A DNA stretch of 64,000 bases. It comes from Methanobacteriota archaeon. Lineage in GTDB: Archaea > JAADCQ01 > Methanopyri > Methanopyrales > Methanopyraceae. This document shows positions 1 to 9,222 of this stretch, in pieces (the stretch's first letter is position 1; every line of letters starts with the position of its first letter). The position numbers were made by a program, and so were the translations under genes. The stretch is from assembly GCA_027064425.1 (NCBI GenBank), contig JAMOPO010000052.1:96001-160000 (forward strand). Direction: 5' to 3'. The notes under the pieces were generated by a model, which ran no database searches, was not told where the DNA came from, and was given only the letters and a program-made list of their open reading frames with translations.

Positions 1-392
1 TTTACAAGGACTTTCCGCCCGTCGGGGTGGCCAGGGTCCTGCCCCCGATCGGTCGGCGGATCACCCCCAGAACGCCGCTGGAGGTCACCGAGGATTACAT
101 ACGAACGGCCGGTTACGTGGTGGAGGGAGAGCGGCTCCTCCTGCTCGAGTTCGAGCGGCGCCCGAACGCGCCGATGGAGGCGTACCGGGAGTCCCTCAGC
201 TCCGGCGGCGAGCCGCTCGCCTCCGTGCTGGCGACGTGCGCCGGTCGTAAGCCGCTGCGGGAGAAGCTGCCGGATAGGCACTGCGTGGGCATGTACTCGT
301 TCGGGGAGATCGCTCCGACCGCCGGCTGCAACGAGTTCTACAATCACGCCTCCGTGTGCCTGACGATCTTCCGAGAGCCCGTGTTCGAGTGA
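1..392 (+). CDS. FIST C-terminal domain protein (5' end outside window)
   Basis: Frame open from position 3; C-terminal GMYSFGEIAP...FYNHASVCLTI matches the FIST_C G-x-Y-S/T-F/Y-G-E...HN signature. Confidence 0.7.
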   Translation, partial: YKDFPPVGVARVLPPIGRRITPRTPLEVTEDYIRTAGYVVEGERLLLLEFERRPNAPMEAYRESLSSGGEPLASVLATCAGRKPLREKLPDRHCVGMYSFGEIAPTAGCNEFYNHASVCLTIFREPVFE

Positions 393-441
393 CCGGCAAA
401 GTGATAATCCCCGCGGTCCGGGCGGCCCGGGGTCGCGGGCG

Positions 442-954
442 TTGAGGGAGGTGATCCGGGGCCGAGTCTGGGTCTTCGGTGACAACATCGACACGGATCA
501 GATCATCCCGGGCCGGTACCTGACCACGCAGGACCCGGAGGAGCTGGCGAAGCACGTGATGGAGGGCGCGGACCCGGAGTTCCCGGAGAAGGTCCGGGAG
601 GGTGACATCATCGTCGCGGGCCGGAACTTCGGGTGCGGCTCCTCCCGGGAGCACGCGCCGATCGCGCTCAAGGCGGCGGGGATCGCGTGCGTGGTCGCCG
701 AGTCCTTCGCCCGAATCTTCTACCGGAACGCCGTGAACCTGGGGCTACCCCTGATTACCTGCCCGGGCGTCGCCGACGCGTTCGAGACGGGGCACGAGGC
801 GGAGGTCCGACTGACCGAGGGCGTGATTCGGAACCTCACGACCGGAGAGGAGCTGGAGGCGAAGCCGCTCCCGGAGTTCATGATGAGGATCCTCGAGGCG
901 GGCGGGCTGGTTGAGCTGATCCGTGAGCATGGGCCGGAGGCGCTGGAGGGGTGA
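442..954 (+). CDS. leuD: 3-isopropylmalate dehydratase small subunit
   Basis: GDNIDTDQIIP, GRNFGCGSSREHAP and ESFARIFYRNAVNLG motifs; directly upstream of leuB. Confidence 0.9.
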   Translation: MREVIRGRVWVFGDNIDTDQIIPGRYLTTQDPEELAKHVMEGADPEFPEKVREGDIIVAGRNFGCGSSREHAPIALKAAGIACVVAESFARIFYRNAVNLGLPLITCPGVADAFETGHEAEVRLTEGVIRNLTTGEELEAKPLPEFMMRILEAGGLVELIREHGPEALEG

Positions 955-958
955 TCCC

Positions 959-1966
959 GTGTACGAGATCGCGGTGGTGCCCGGGGACGGGATCGGCCCC
1001 GAGGTCATCGAGGCCGCTCTTCACGTGATCGACCCCCTGATCGACGCCGAGTTCGTGGAGTGCGAGGCGGGTGACGAGTGCGCGGAGAAGCGCGGCGATC
1101 CGCTGCCCGAGGAGACGCTGGAGACCTGCCGCGAGGCCGACGCGGTGCTGTTCGGGGCCGCCGGTGAGACCGCGGCCGACGTCATCGTCCGCCTGCGGCA
1201 GGAGCTGGACCTGTACGCGAACGTTCGGCCCGTCCGCGGCTTTGAGGGCCTGCGGGAGCTCACGGGCGAGCCGTACGTGCGCGACGACGTCGACCTCGTG
1301 ATCGTGCGCGAGAACACGGAGGGCCTGTACTCCGGCGTGGAGGGGCGCTTCCGGGACGCTGCCTACACGCTGAGGATCATCACGGAGGAGGGCGCCAGGC
1401 GGATCGCGGAGATCGCGTGCGACATCGCCGAGGACCGCGGCGCCGACACGGTGACCTGCGTGCACAAGGCGAACGTGATGCGGGAAACGTGCGGCCTATT
1501 CCGGGACGTCTGCAAGGAGGTCGTCGAGGAGCGGGGCCTGAAGTTCGAGGAATACTACGTGGACGCCGCCGCCATGTTCCTGATCACCGAGCCCGAGCGC
1601 TTCGACGTGATGGTCACGCCGAACATGTTCGGCGACATCCTCTCGGACGAGGCCGCGGCACTCGTCGGCGGACTGGGGCTGGCGCCGAGCGCGAACCTGG
1701 GTGAGGAGCACGCGCTGTTCGAGCCGGTGCACGGGTCCGCGCCCGACATCGCCGGCAAGGGCATCGCCAACCCCATCGCCGCCATCCTCTCCGCCGCCAT
1801 GATGCTCGAGTGGCTCGGGGAGAAGGAGGCGGCGGAGGCCGTCTGGGAGGCCGTCGGCGACGCCATCCGGGAGAGGTGCGTGACCCCTGACCTGGGCGGA
1901 GACAAGCGGACGATGGAGGTTGCCGAGTTCATCCGTGAGCGGGCGCTCAGCCGGGTCGAGAGCTAG
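959..1966 (+). CDS. leuB: 3-isopropylmalate/3-methylmalate dehydrogenase (methanogen type)
   Basis: GDGIGPEV, FGAAGETAADVIVRLR, RENTEGLY, NMFGDILSD and EPVHGSAPDIAGK motifs; GTG at 959 follows ggaggggtga. Confidence 0.88.
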   Translation: MYEIAVVPGDGIGPEVIEAALHVIDPLIDAEFVECEAGDECAEKRGDPLPEETLETCREADAVLFGAAGETAADVIVRLRQELDLYANVRPVRGFEGLRELTGEPYVRDDVDLVIVRENTEGLYSGVEGRFRDAAYTLRIITEEGARRIAEIACDIAEDRGADTVTCVHKANVMRETCGLFRDVCKEVVEERGLKFEEYYVDAAAMFLITEPERFDVMVTPNMFGDILSDEAAALVGGLGLAPSANLGEEHALFEPVHGSAPDIAGKGIANPIAAILSAAMMLEWLGEKEAAEAVWEAVGDAIRERCVTPDLGGDKRTMEVAEFIRERALSRVES

Positions 1967-2252
1967 CCCCGCCGGCTCCCCCGGCCCTCCCTTTCCCACC
2001 CCCGGTCACGCCCTGTGAGGACTCACCGCTTCCCGTCACACCGACGTCCTTCACGTTCGTCCTGCCCGCTATCTGCGAGGGTGAGAGCGGGTGGGGCTTC
2101 CTGTGCTCCAGCTCCGGGGGCAGCTTCACGACCTCCCGCGACCGCTTCTCCTCGATCTCTTTCTTGACGGGTGAAACGCTGATGAACCCGGCCGCGGCAC
2201 CCACCAGGAACCCGAAGGCGGCGACCAGCTTCAGGAGCGTGTGCGTGCTCAT
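1947..2252 (-). CDS. Small hypothetical protein with N-terminal TM/signal segment
   Basis: Fills the gap between leuB and the next gene; hydrophobic LLKLVAAFGFLVGAAAGFISV; Gly-rich tail. Confidence 0.5.
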   Translation of the reverse strand: MSTHTLLKLVAAFGFLVGAAAGFISVSPVKKEIEEKRSREVVKLPPELEHRKPHPLSPSQIAGRTNVKDVGVTGSGESSQGVTGGGKGRAGGAGGASSRPG

Positions 2253-2278
2253 CCTCCCGATCACCCGGGGTCCCGCTC

Positions 2279-2989
2279 ATGCCGTCCGTCAAAATGACCA
2301 TCGGGGCCCGCGGGGCCGCGGAGGCCGCGCTCAACGATGACGTCGTGATCATCGTGGACGTCGTCAACACCTCCTCCGCCGCCGAGGTCGCCCTCCGGGG
2401 CGGCGCCGTGGCCGTGATCGGGGCGGCCCCCGACCGCGCCTACGAGGTGCTGGTGAAGAAGCGGGCCACGAAGTACCCGTTCGCGGACACCCCGAAGGGC
2501 GTCGACCCGGTGGAGCGCGGCCGCGAGGCCGGAAAGATCGCGCTGGAAAACGACACCGAGGTCGTCCTGGTCGTGGACGGTGGCGAGGAGAACGCCAGCA
2601 TGGCCGCGCAGGGCGTGGAGGAGGTGGGGGCCGAAATCGCCGAGATCGTCCCCAACGCGGGACCGCGCATCAAGGACGTGGTCGACCTGTCCGACCGAGT
2701 CTTCCTCTTCGCCACCGCGACGGGCGGCACGCTGTACGACGTGGCCCGCACGCACGGGGCGCCCGCCGTCACCTTCGGGACGGTCGTGCGGCGCTCCCTT
2801 ATCCGGGCGTGCGCGGAGCGGGCCATCCGGCTCGCTGAGCGCCACAACGCCGGGATCTCCGTCGTCGTCTCCTCCATCTTCGCCCCCGAGGACCTCGACG
2901 CGGGCGCCAGGATTTTCGAAGAGGTGTGCAAGATCATCACTGAGGGCGTCTGCGAGGAGCGGTTCGAGGAGGTCGTCAGCTCGCTTTAG
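2279..2989 (+). CDS. ComB (2-phosphosulfolactate phosphatase)-like protein
   Basis: [13 protein letters not shown] resembles ComB VVIDVLRAxTT; FATATGGT resembles TTTNGT; APEDL near C-terminus. Confidence 0.55.
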   Translation: MPSVKMTIGARGAAEAALNDDVVIIVDVVNTSSAAEVALRGGAVAVIGAAPDRAYEVLVKKRATKYPFADTPKGVDPVERGREAGKIALENDTEVVLVVDGGEENASMAAQGVEEVGAEIAEIVPNAGPRIKDVVDLSDRVFLFATATGGTLYDVARTHGAPAVTFGTVVRRSLIRACAERAIRLAERHNAGISVVVSSIFAPEDLDAGARIFEEVCKIITEGVCEERFEEVVSSL

Positions 2990-3000
2990 GGGGACTCGGG

Positions 3001-4209
3001 TTGGGTTACATCGACAAGTACCCGGACGAGAACGGCTACTTCGGCGAGTACGGCGGCCGGTTCGTGCCCGAGACGCTCATGCCCGCGCTCGAGGAGCTGG
3101 AGGACGCGTTCAGGGAGGCGCGTGAGGATCCCGGCTTCTGGGAGGAGCTCGAGGAGTTGTGGAGGAAGTACGCGGGCCGGCCGACCCCTCTTTACTACGC
3201 CAGGAACCTGTCCCGCCGGCTCGGGGTGAAGGTGTACCTCAAGCGGGAGGACCTCGTGCACGGGGGCGCGCATAAGCTCAACAACACGCTGGGCCAGGCC
3301 CTGCTGGCCGATCGAATGGGCAAGGATCGGCTCATCGCCGAGACGGGTGCGGGTCAGCACGGTCTCGCCACGGCGATGGCGGGCGCGGCCCTGGGCAAGA
3401 AGGTCGAGATCTACATGGGCGCGGTGGACGTGAAGAGGCAGAGGCACAACGTGTTCAGGATGGAGCTGATGGGGGCCAAGGTTCACCCCGTCAAGTCCGG
3501 AACGCAGACGCTGAAGGATGCCATCAACGAGGCCCTCCGGGACTGGATCACGAACTTGGAGACCACGCACTACCTCCTCGGCTCCGTCGTGGGCCCGCAC
3601 CCGTACCCCTGGATGGTCCGCGAGTTCCAGCGCGTAATCGGCCGGGAGACCAAGCAGCAGATCCAGGAGCTGGAGGGGGGCCTGCCGGACGCGATCGTGG
3701 CCTGCACGGGCGGCGGCAGCAACTCGATCGGGATCTTCTACGACTTCCTGGACGACGAGGAGGTCGCCCTGTACGCCGTCGAGGCCGCGGGTAAAGGGCT
3801 GGACACCGGGGAGCACGCGGCCTCCCTGTGCGCGGGCAAGACCGGCGTCCTGCACGGGTGCCGGACCAAGGTTCTGCAGGACGAGAACGGGCAGATCAAG
3901 ACCACGCACAGCATCGCGCCGGGTCTCGACTACCCCGGGGTCGGCCCCGAGCTGGCGTTCCTGGTCGACGAGGGCCGCGTCATCGCGGACGCGGTCACCG
4001 ATGAGGAGGCGCTCAAAGGCTTCGTGATGCTCAACGAAACCGAGGGCATCCTGCCGGCGCTTGAGTCCGCGCACGCGATTTATTACGTCAAGAAGCTGGT
4101 GGACCGGGGCGAGCTGGACCACGGCGACGTCGTGGTCGTCAACCTGTCTGGCCGCGGGGATAAGGACGTGAAGATCGCGGCGAGGGAGCTGGGCGTGTCC
4201 ATCGACTAG
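3001..4209 (+). CDS. trpB: Tryptophan synthase beta chain (TrpB1 type)
   Basis: [29 protein letters not shown] (PLP Lys), [14 protein letters not shown] and NLSGRGDKD motifs. Confidence 0.97.
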   Translation: MGYIDKYPDENGYFGEYGGRFVPETLMPALEELEDAFREAREDPGFWEELEELWRKYAGRPTPLYYARNLSRRLGVKVYLKREDLVHGGAHKLNNTLGQALLADRMGKDRLIAETGAGQHGLATAMAGAALGKKVEIYMGAVDVKRQRHNVFRMELMGAKVHPVKSGTQTLKDAINEALRDWITNLETTHYLLGSVVGPHPYPWMVREFQRVIGRETKQQIQELEGGLPDAIVACTGGGSNSIGIFYDFLDDEEVALYAVEAAGKGLDTGEHAASLCAGKTGVLHGCRTKVLQDENGQIKTTHSIAPGLDYPGVGPELAFLVDEGRVIADAVTDEEALKGFVMLNETEGILPALESAHAIYYVKKLVDRGELDHGDVVVVNLSGRGDKDVKIAARELGVSID

Positions 4210-4212
4210 ACT

Positions 4213-4599
4213 TCACTTGGGCCTGATCCGGAACTCGCAGTGGTCGTCCCCCGCCAGCCGGCAGCGCTCCTCGCTGACCTCCATCTCGGTCTCGTAGTAC
4301 AGCTCCGCGAGCCTGCGGAAGAGCGCCGCCTCAAACCGACACGCCGGGGAACCCTCCACGTCGATGTCCGGGTTCTCCTCGTAGAAGTCCGCCGTGACCG
4401 TGGTCTCCACCCGGACCACGATCTCCTCCACGCTGCCGCCGCTCTTCTTCACCTCGATGTCCACGCCGTCCATTCCGAGGCCCTCGAGCGTTTCAATCAG
4501 CTCGTCAATGGAGTCCCAGCCTTTCCGGAAGATAATCTCGGCGAACTCCTCACCCTTCTCCTCCGACTCCTCCTCCAGCTCGTCAAACGACAGCTTCAA
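4213..4599 (-). CDS. V4R (4-vinyl reductase) domain protein
   Basis: PACRFEAALF...EVSEERCRLAGDDHCEFRI is the V4R signature; TTG start at 4599 inferred. Confidence 0.8.
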   Translation of the reverse strand: MKLSFDELEEESEEKGEEFAEIIFRKGWDSIDELIETLEGLGMDGVDIEVKKSGGSVEEIVVRVETTVTADFYEENPDIDVEGSPACRFEAALFRRLAELYYETEMEVSEERCRLAGDDHCEFRIRPK

Positions 4600-4612
4600 G
4601 GGGGCGCACCCC

Positions 4613-4978
4613 GTGCGGTACTTCGAGAATATTACGGACCGGGAGCGCGCCATCTTCGAGGCCGGCATCACCCTCGGCGCGATCTATCATCAATTCTCCG
4701 GTACGCCGGTATCGCCGGAGACGGCGGACGAGGTGGCGCGGTGCATCGAGCGCGCCGCGGAGCTGCAGCCCTGCGTCGAGCGGGCCGAGGTGGACATCGA
4801 GGTGGAGGAGAACGACACCGACAACTACGGCGGGTACACCGAGGTCTCGGGCCGCAACCTCCGCGTTCGCCTGGTCACCAGGTGCGGGGACTGGGAGGCC
4901 GTGGCCCGGCTGGAGTTCGTCGAGGAGCTCAACTACCCGCTGATGTGGATCGAGGAGGTCAGGAGGGTGCGCGATTGA
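4613..4978 (+). CDS. mptD: Archaeal dihydroneopterin aldolase
   Basis: YFENITDRERAIFEAGITLGAIYHQF.GTP...YTE...ELNYPLMWI; GTG at 4613. Confidence 0.9.
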   Translation: MRYFENITDRERAIFEAGITLGAIYHQFSGTPVSPETADEVARCIERAAELQPCVERAEVDIEVEENDTDNYGGYTEVSGRNLRVRLVTRCGDWEAVARLEFVEELNYPLMWIEEVRRVRD

Positions 4979-6267
4979 CCGTCGTCGGCATCGCGGCGGA
5001 CTTCGATCCGCCCCACCGCGGGCACGCCTACCTCCTGGAGCGCGCCTCCGAGCTCGGGGACGAGGTGATCGTCTTCCTCAACGCGGACTACACCGCCCAC
5101 CACACCCCGCCGCTGCTGCCCTACGAGCTCCGCGCCGAGATCGCCCTCGAGCTGGGCGCCGACGACGTGCAGCCCGTGCGCGGGTACCACCAGCGCTTCC
5201 CCCTGGCCTACACGGTCCCGGTCCGCGTCGCCACCATGGCCGAGCACGGCGTGGACGTCATCCTGGACGCCGGCCCCAAGCGGAACCTGGAGGAGGTTCG
5301 ACACCACGCCGAGCGGGTCCTGAAGCGGGGTGACCTCTTCTCCATCCCCAAGCACGTGCCCGCACGGAACCTCGTCAGGTGGCTGGCCGCCGTCGAGATG
5401 GTCAACGAGCTGCTGGGCACGGAGGTGAGCCTGCGGATCGTCCCGGAGCTCCCCGGCCACTCCGGCCGGAAGATCCGCGCCACGCTCCGCCGCGCCGGGT
5501 ACTCACCGGACGCCCTGGACGACGTCAGGCGCCAGCTCCCGGACGAAACGTTCAGGAGACTGAAACGTTACCTGGCCGAGGAGCGGCCCCCGATCGCCCG
5601 CAGGGATCGGCTCCTCCGCGGCGTCAACGAGGCCCGCCCGGACCACATTTGTAGCATCGCCCACGTGAACACGCTGGCCGCCCGCGAGCTGCTGCGCGGT
5701 CGCCCCTTCCGCAGCGAGCGACAGCTCTGGGGAGCCCTGAGACGGGCGGGGTACGGGTCAGTCCTCACCCGACTCGCCCTCGCCAACCTGGAGTGCCGGG
5801 TGACCTCCGCGGAGCTCGCCCGAATCTCGCTGGAGTGGGTCGAGCAGGGCCTCGTCCCACCCGGTCAGAGCCCCGACCGCATGTACGAACGGGATTGGTT
5901 CGTCGCGCGCCTCTCCACCGCCGGCGTGCGGGCCCGGAAGGCCGACGAGCTGTTCCGGAGCACCGGCTCCTACGAGGAGGCCGCGGCCAAGGCCCGCGAG
6001 CGGTACGGCGTCGACCCGGGCCGCCCCAGAACCCTCGTCCGCATCGGCGCAGCCGACGCCCCGGACGGGACGTACCGCCCGGCCGTGGACGCCCGGGGCA
6101 CCTTCGGAGTGCTCCCGGACGACCGGTTCGTTCGGCTGGAGCTCACCGCCTTCGGGGCCACCCTGCTGCGCTACGTCATCGACGACCCGTTCGTCGAGGC
6201 CTGGGTCCGCGTGGAGGACACGGAGGCCTGGCTCGAGGTCTTCCCCGGGGGTCGCCTCAAAGGTTGA
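4975..6267 (+). CDS. HIGH-motif nucleotidyltransferase (TmcAL/MJ0951-like family)
   Basis: VGIAADFDPPHRGHAYL (HxGH) and SGRKIR; TTG overlaps the mptD stop (TTGA). Confidence 0.8.
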   Translation: MTVVGIAADFDPPHRGHAYLLERASELGDEVIVFLNADYTAHHTPPLLPYELRAEIALELGADDVQPVRGYHQRFPLAYTVPVRVATMAEHGVDVILDAGPKRNLEEVRHHAERVLKRGDLFSIPKHVPARNLVRWLAAVEMVNELLGTEVSLRIVPELPGHSGRKIRATLRRAGYSPDALDDVRRQLPDETFRRLKRYLAEERPPIARRDRLLRGVNEARPDHICSIAHVNTLAARELLRGRPFRSERQLWGALRRAGYGSVLTRLALANLECRVTSAELARISLEWVEQGLVPPGQSPDRMYERDWFVARLSTAGVRARKADELFRSTGSYEEAAAKARERYGVDPGRPRTLVRIGAADAPDGTYRPAVDARGTFGVLPDDRFVRLELTAFGATLLRYVIDDPFVEAWVRVEDTEAWLEVFPGGRLKG

Positions 6268-7472
6268 GGACCGTGTGGTTCCACCTCCACTCCAAGAATC
6301 GGTACAGCCTCGCTCACGTGCTCGGGGCCATCGAGGCCGAGGCCCCCGAGCTGCTCCCGAACGTCCGGGTGTCCAAGCGCCCCGAGCCGGAGGAGGGCGA
6401 CGTGGTCGTCTTCTCCTTCAACACCTTCATGGCCCCGGAAGTGTTCGAGCAGGTGGAGAAGCTGCCGGAGGGCGTGATCAAAGTCGCCGGCGGTCCCCAC
6501 CCCTCCGCGCGGCCCGATCAGTGCCTCGAGCACGGGTTCGACGTCGTCCTGATCGGGGAGGGGGAGGAGGTCGTCCCGGAGGTGCTCCGGGAGCTCGTCC
6601 GGGGCGAGCTGCCCGAAGAGCGGCCGGGAGTGTACCTCGGGGAGGGGAAGCCCGAGCCCGCCCCGCCCGTCGAGCGGCTGGAGCGGTACCCGCCCTACTC
6701 CGAGGAGTTCCGCGTCTTCTGCCCCATCGAGATCACCCGGGGCTGCCCCTGGGGCTGCGCCTACTGTCAGGTTAGCCGGCTCTTCGGCCGTAAGCCGAGG
6801 CATCGGCCCGTGGAGGACATCGTCCGGTGGGTCCGCCGCGGGGTGGAGCGCGGGCACACGTTCGCCCGCTTCGTCGCCCCGGACGCCCTGGCCTACGGCT
6901 CACCCGACGGTCGCCGGCTGAGGCCGGAGAAGGTGGAGCGGCTGCTCCGCGAGCTCCGGTCCGTGGACGGGCTAGAGAAGGTCTACTTCGGCAGCTTCCC
7001 GGCCGAGGTGCGCCCGGACTCGCTGGTCCGCTCCGGGGGCGCCGAGCTCATCGCTCACTACGCCGACAACGAGCGGGTGAACATGGGGGCGCAGTCCGGC
7101 AGCGAGCGCGTGCTCCGTAGGATCGCCCGGGGACACACGGTGGAGGACGTGCGGCGGGCCGTAGAGGAGTGCCTGGAGCAGGGGCTTAAGCCGGTCGTCG
7201 ACTTCATCTTCGGGCTGCCGGGGGAGACGAAGGAGGACCAGTGGAGGTCCGTCGAGCTGGCGGAGTGGATCATCCGGCGGGGCGGGGAGGTACGTCTCCA
7301 CTACTTCATGCCGCTGCCGGGAACGCCCCTGGAGGACGAGGAGCCCGCACCGCTGGACCCGGAGATCCGCAGGGTGCTGGGCCGGTGGACGCAGAGGGGG
7401 AAGGCGGAGGGAGCCTGGGGTCACCAGATGAGACTGTCCGAGACAGCGAGGAAGGTGTTGGCGGAGTCTTGA
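6264..7472 (+). CDS. B12-binding radical SAM protein (MJ1487/TIGR04013-like)
   Basis: VAGGPHPS...GEGE B12-binding domain; EITRGCPWGCAYC; GAQSGS; FMPLPGTP; TTGA overlap with previous gene. Confidence 0.88.
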   Translation: MRTVWFHLHSKNRYSLAHVLGAIEAEAPELLPNVRVSKRPEPEEGDVVVFSFNTFMAPEVFEQVEKLPEGVIKVAGGPHPSARPDQCLEHGFDVVLIGEGEEVVPEVLRELVRGELPEERPGVYLGEGKPEPAPPVERLERYPPYSEEFRVFCPIEITRGCPWGCAYCQVSRLFGRKPRHRPVEDIVRWVRRGVERGHTFARFVAPDALAYGSPDGRRLRPEKVERLLRELRSVDGLEKVYFGSFPAEVRPDSLVRSGGAELIAHYADNERVNMGAQSGSERVLRRIARGHTVEDVRRAVEECLEQGLKPVVDFIFGLPGETKEDQWRSVELAEWIIRRGGEVRLHYFMPLPGTPLEDEEPAPLDPEIRRVLGRWTQRGKAEGAWGHQMRLSETARKVLAES

Positions 7473-8245
7473 CGGAGCGCGACGTGCACGTGACGATCCT
7501 GTTCCCGGAACCCCTCGAGCGTCGCGTGCTCTCCGCCCTACGCGACCTAACCGCGTTCCTGCGAAACACCGTCGGTGTCAGGGAGGTGGGGGTCGGGACC
7601 GTCGAGAACCCTCCCGAGTACGTCAAGTGGCTGGAGGAGCGGGTCGGGGGTCACGTCGCCGAGGAGGCCTTCCAGGCCCTCACCGGGCGTTCGGGCGCCC
7701 TGGCCGTTCGAATCAGCGAGAGCGAGTACCACGTGATCGTGGGGCCCGCGTACGAGTCCCGGAGGTTCCTGCGCGCCGGCCTAGCGCACGAGTTCGCCCA
7801 CATCCTGCAGCACCGGTTGGGGCTGTTCCCGCGCGGGATCAGGGCCCCGGCCGGCGCCGCCCGGTCGGTCCTGCTGCCGCTCGAGGTTGGGGCCGAGGAG
7901 CTGGTGCTTCGGGATCTGCCGGACGTCGGCGAGGCGAGGATCGAGCTGGCCCGGCGCGAGGGGCGGGAGTGGCACCGGACGGGGGATCCGCTCCTGGATC
8001 TCGAGAACTCGCTCGTCGCCGCGCCGGTGAACCTGGCCCTGAAGCGGTTGGGTGAGGAGGTCCGGGTCCCGGAGCCGGAGGTGGACGACGAGGAGATCTC
8101 GAAGGTTCGGGACCGGCTGGTGCGGGCCGCCGCCGAGACCGACCCCTGGGACCGGGACCAGGTGCGCGAGTACGTGGAGTGGGCCACCGGGGTCCTCCTC
8201 CGCTGGCTCGCGGATCAGCGCCGGCACCAGTCCACCATCGACTGA
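7469..8245 (+). CDS. Hypothetical protein with HExxH zinc-metallopeptidase motif
   Basis: GLAHEFAHILQH with downstream E; TTGA overlap with the radical SAM gene. Confidence 0.65.
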   Translation: MTERDVHVTILFPEPLERRVLSALRDLTAFLRNTVGVREVGVGTVENPPEYVKWLEERVGGHVAEEAFQALTGRSGALAVRISESEYHVIVGPAYESRRFLRAGLAHEFAHILQHRLGLFPRGIRAPAGAARSVLLPLEVGAEELVLRDLPDVGEARIELARREGREWHRTGDPLLDLENSLVAAPVNLALKRLGEEVRVPEPEVDDEEISKVRDRLVRAAAETDPWDRDQVREYVEWATGVLLRWLADQRRHQSTID

Positions 8246-8895
8246 AACAGCCGCAGCCCGTCGTCAGAGCCCTGAAGCCGGTGCGCGGCCCGCTCCGGGT
8301 GCGGCATCATCCCCAGCACGTTGCCCTCCTCGTTGACCACCCCGGTGATGCCTCGGACCGAGCCGTTCGGGTTGTACCGGTCGTCAACCTCGCCGTTCGG
8401 GCCGCAGAAGCGGAACACGACCCGGTCCTCCACCTCGTCCGGCTCGTCCACGTAGTACCGACCCTCCGCGTGCGCGATCGGTATCCTGAGCACCTCACCC
8501 TCCTCGTACCGGGTCGTGAACGGCGTGTCCGCCCGCTCCACCCGCAGGTGGACCCAGTCGCAGATGAACCGATTGCAGTCGTTGACGGTCAGCGTCCCCG
8601 GGATCAGCCCGGCCTCGGCCAGGATCTGCATCCCGTTGCACACGCCCAGCACCGGCCGCCCCTCCTCCGCGAACTCCCTCACCTCGTCCATGACCGGAGA
8701 CAGGGCGGCGATGGCACCGGCCCGGACGTAGTCACCGTAGGTGAACCCGCCCGGGATGATGACCGCGTCGTAGTCGGCCAGCTCCCCGTCCTCGTGCCAC
8801 ACGAACTCCGCATCCGCGCCCGCGCGCTCCACGGCCCAGGCCATCTCGAGGTCGCAGTTGGTGCCGGGGAACTGAAGAACCGCGACGCGAACCAA
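8215..8895 (-). CDS. purQ: FGAM synthase glutaminase subunit
   Basis: VLQFPGTNCD, PGGFTYGDY, LGVCNGMQIL, AHAEG and MMPHPER motifs; TTG at 8895. Confidence 0.96.
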   Translation of the reverse strand: MVRVAVLQFPGTNCDLEMAWAVERAGADAEFVWHEDGELADYDAVIIPGGFTYGDYVRAGAIAALSPVMDEVREFAEEGRPVLGVCNGMQILAEAGLIPGTLTVNDCNRFICDWVHLRVERADTPFTTRYEEGEVLRIPIAHAEGRYYVDEPDEVEDRVVFRFCGPNGEVDDRYNPNGSVRGITGVVNEEGNVLGMMPHPERAAHRLQGSDDGLRLFQSMVDWCRR

Positions 8896-8902
8896 CCGGA
8901 GG

Positions 8903-8966
8903 GCCCCCCGATGACGACGACCCACGGGGCCGAGCGGGATGACGACTCCCAAGTACGCCGAGGGGC
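8903..8966 (+). ncRNA. Box C/D guide sRNA
   Basis: gcccc..GATGACGA(8910) - 12 nt - CCGA(8930) - gcgg - GATGACGA(8938) - 12 nt - CCGA(8958) - ggggc terminal stem; lies in the purS-purQ gap. Confidence 0.75.
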
Positions 8967-8967
8967 G

Positions 8968-9222
8968 TCACTCCACCACCTCGATCTCGTAATCCTCGAC
9001 CACGGGGTTGGCCAGCAACCGTCGGCACATCTCCTCCACCAGCTCCACGGCCTCGTCCTCGTCGTCCACGTCCAGCTCGATCCGATAGACCTTCGCCGTC
9101 CGCACGTCGCTAACCTCCTCGTACCCCAACCGGTGCAGGGCCCGCTTCACCGTCTCCCCCTCCGGGTCCAGCGCCTTGGGCTTCAGGCTCACCCGAACTT
9201 CGACCGTGACCACGCGCCTCAC
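8968..9222 (-). CDS. purS: FGAM synthase subunit PurS
   Basis: VSLKPKALDPEGETV...MCRRLLANPVVEDY. Confidence 0.95.
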   Translation of the reverse strand: MRRVVTVEVRVSLKPKALDPEGETVKRALHRLGYEEVSDVRTAKVYRIELDVDDEDEAVELVEEMCRRLLANPVVEDYEIEVVE

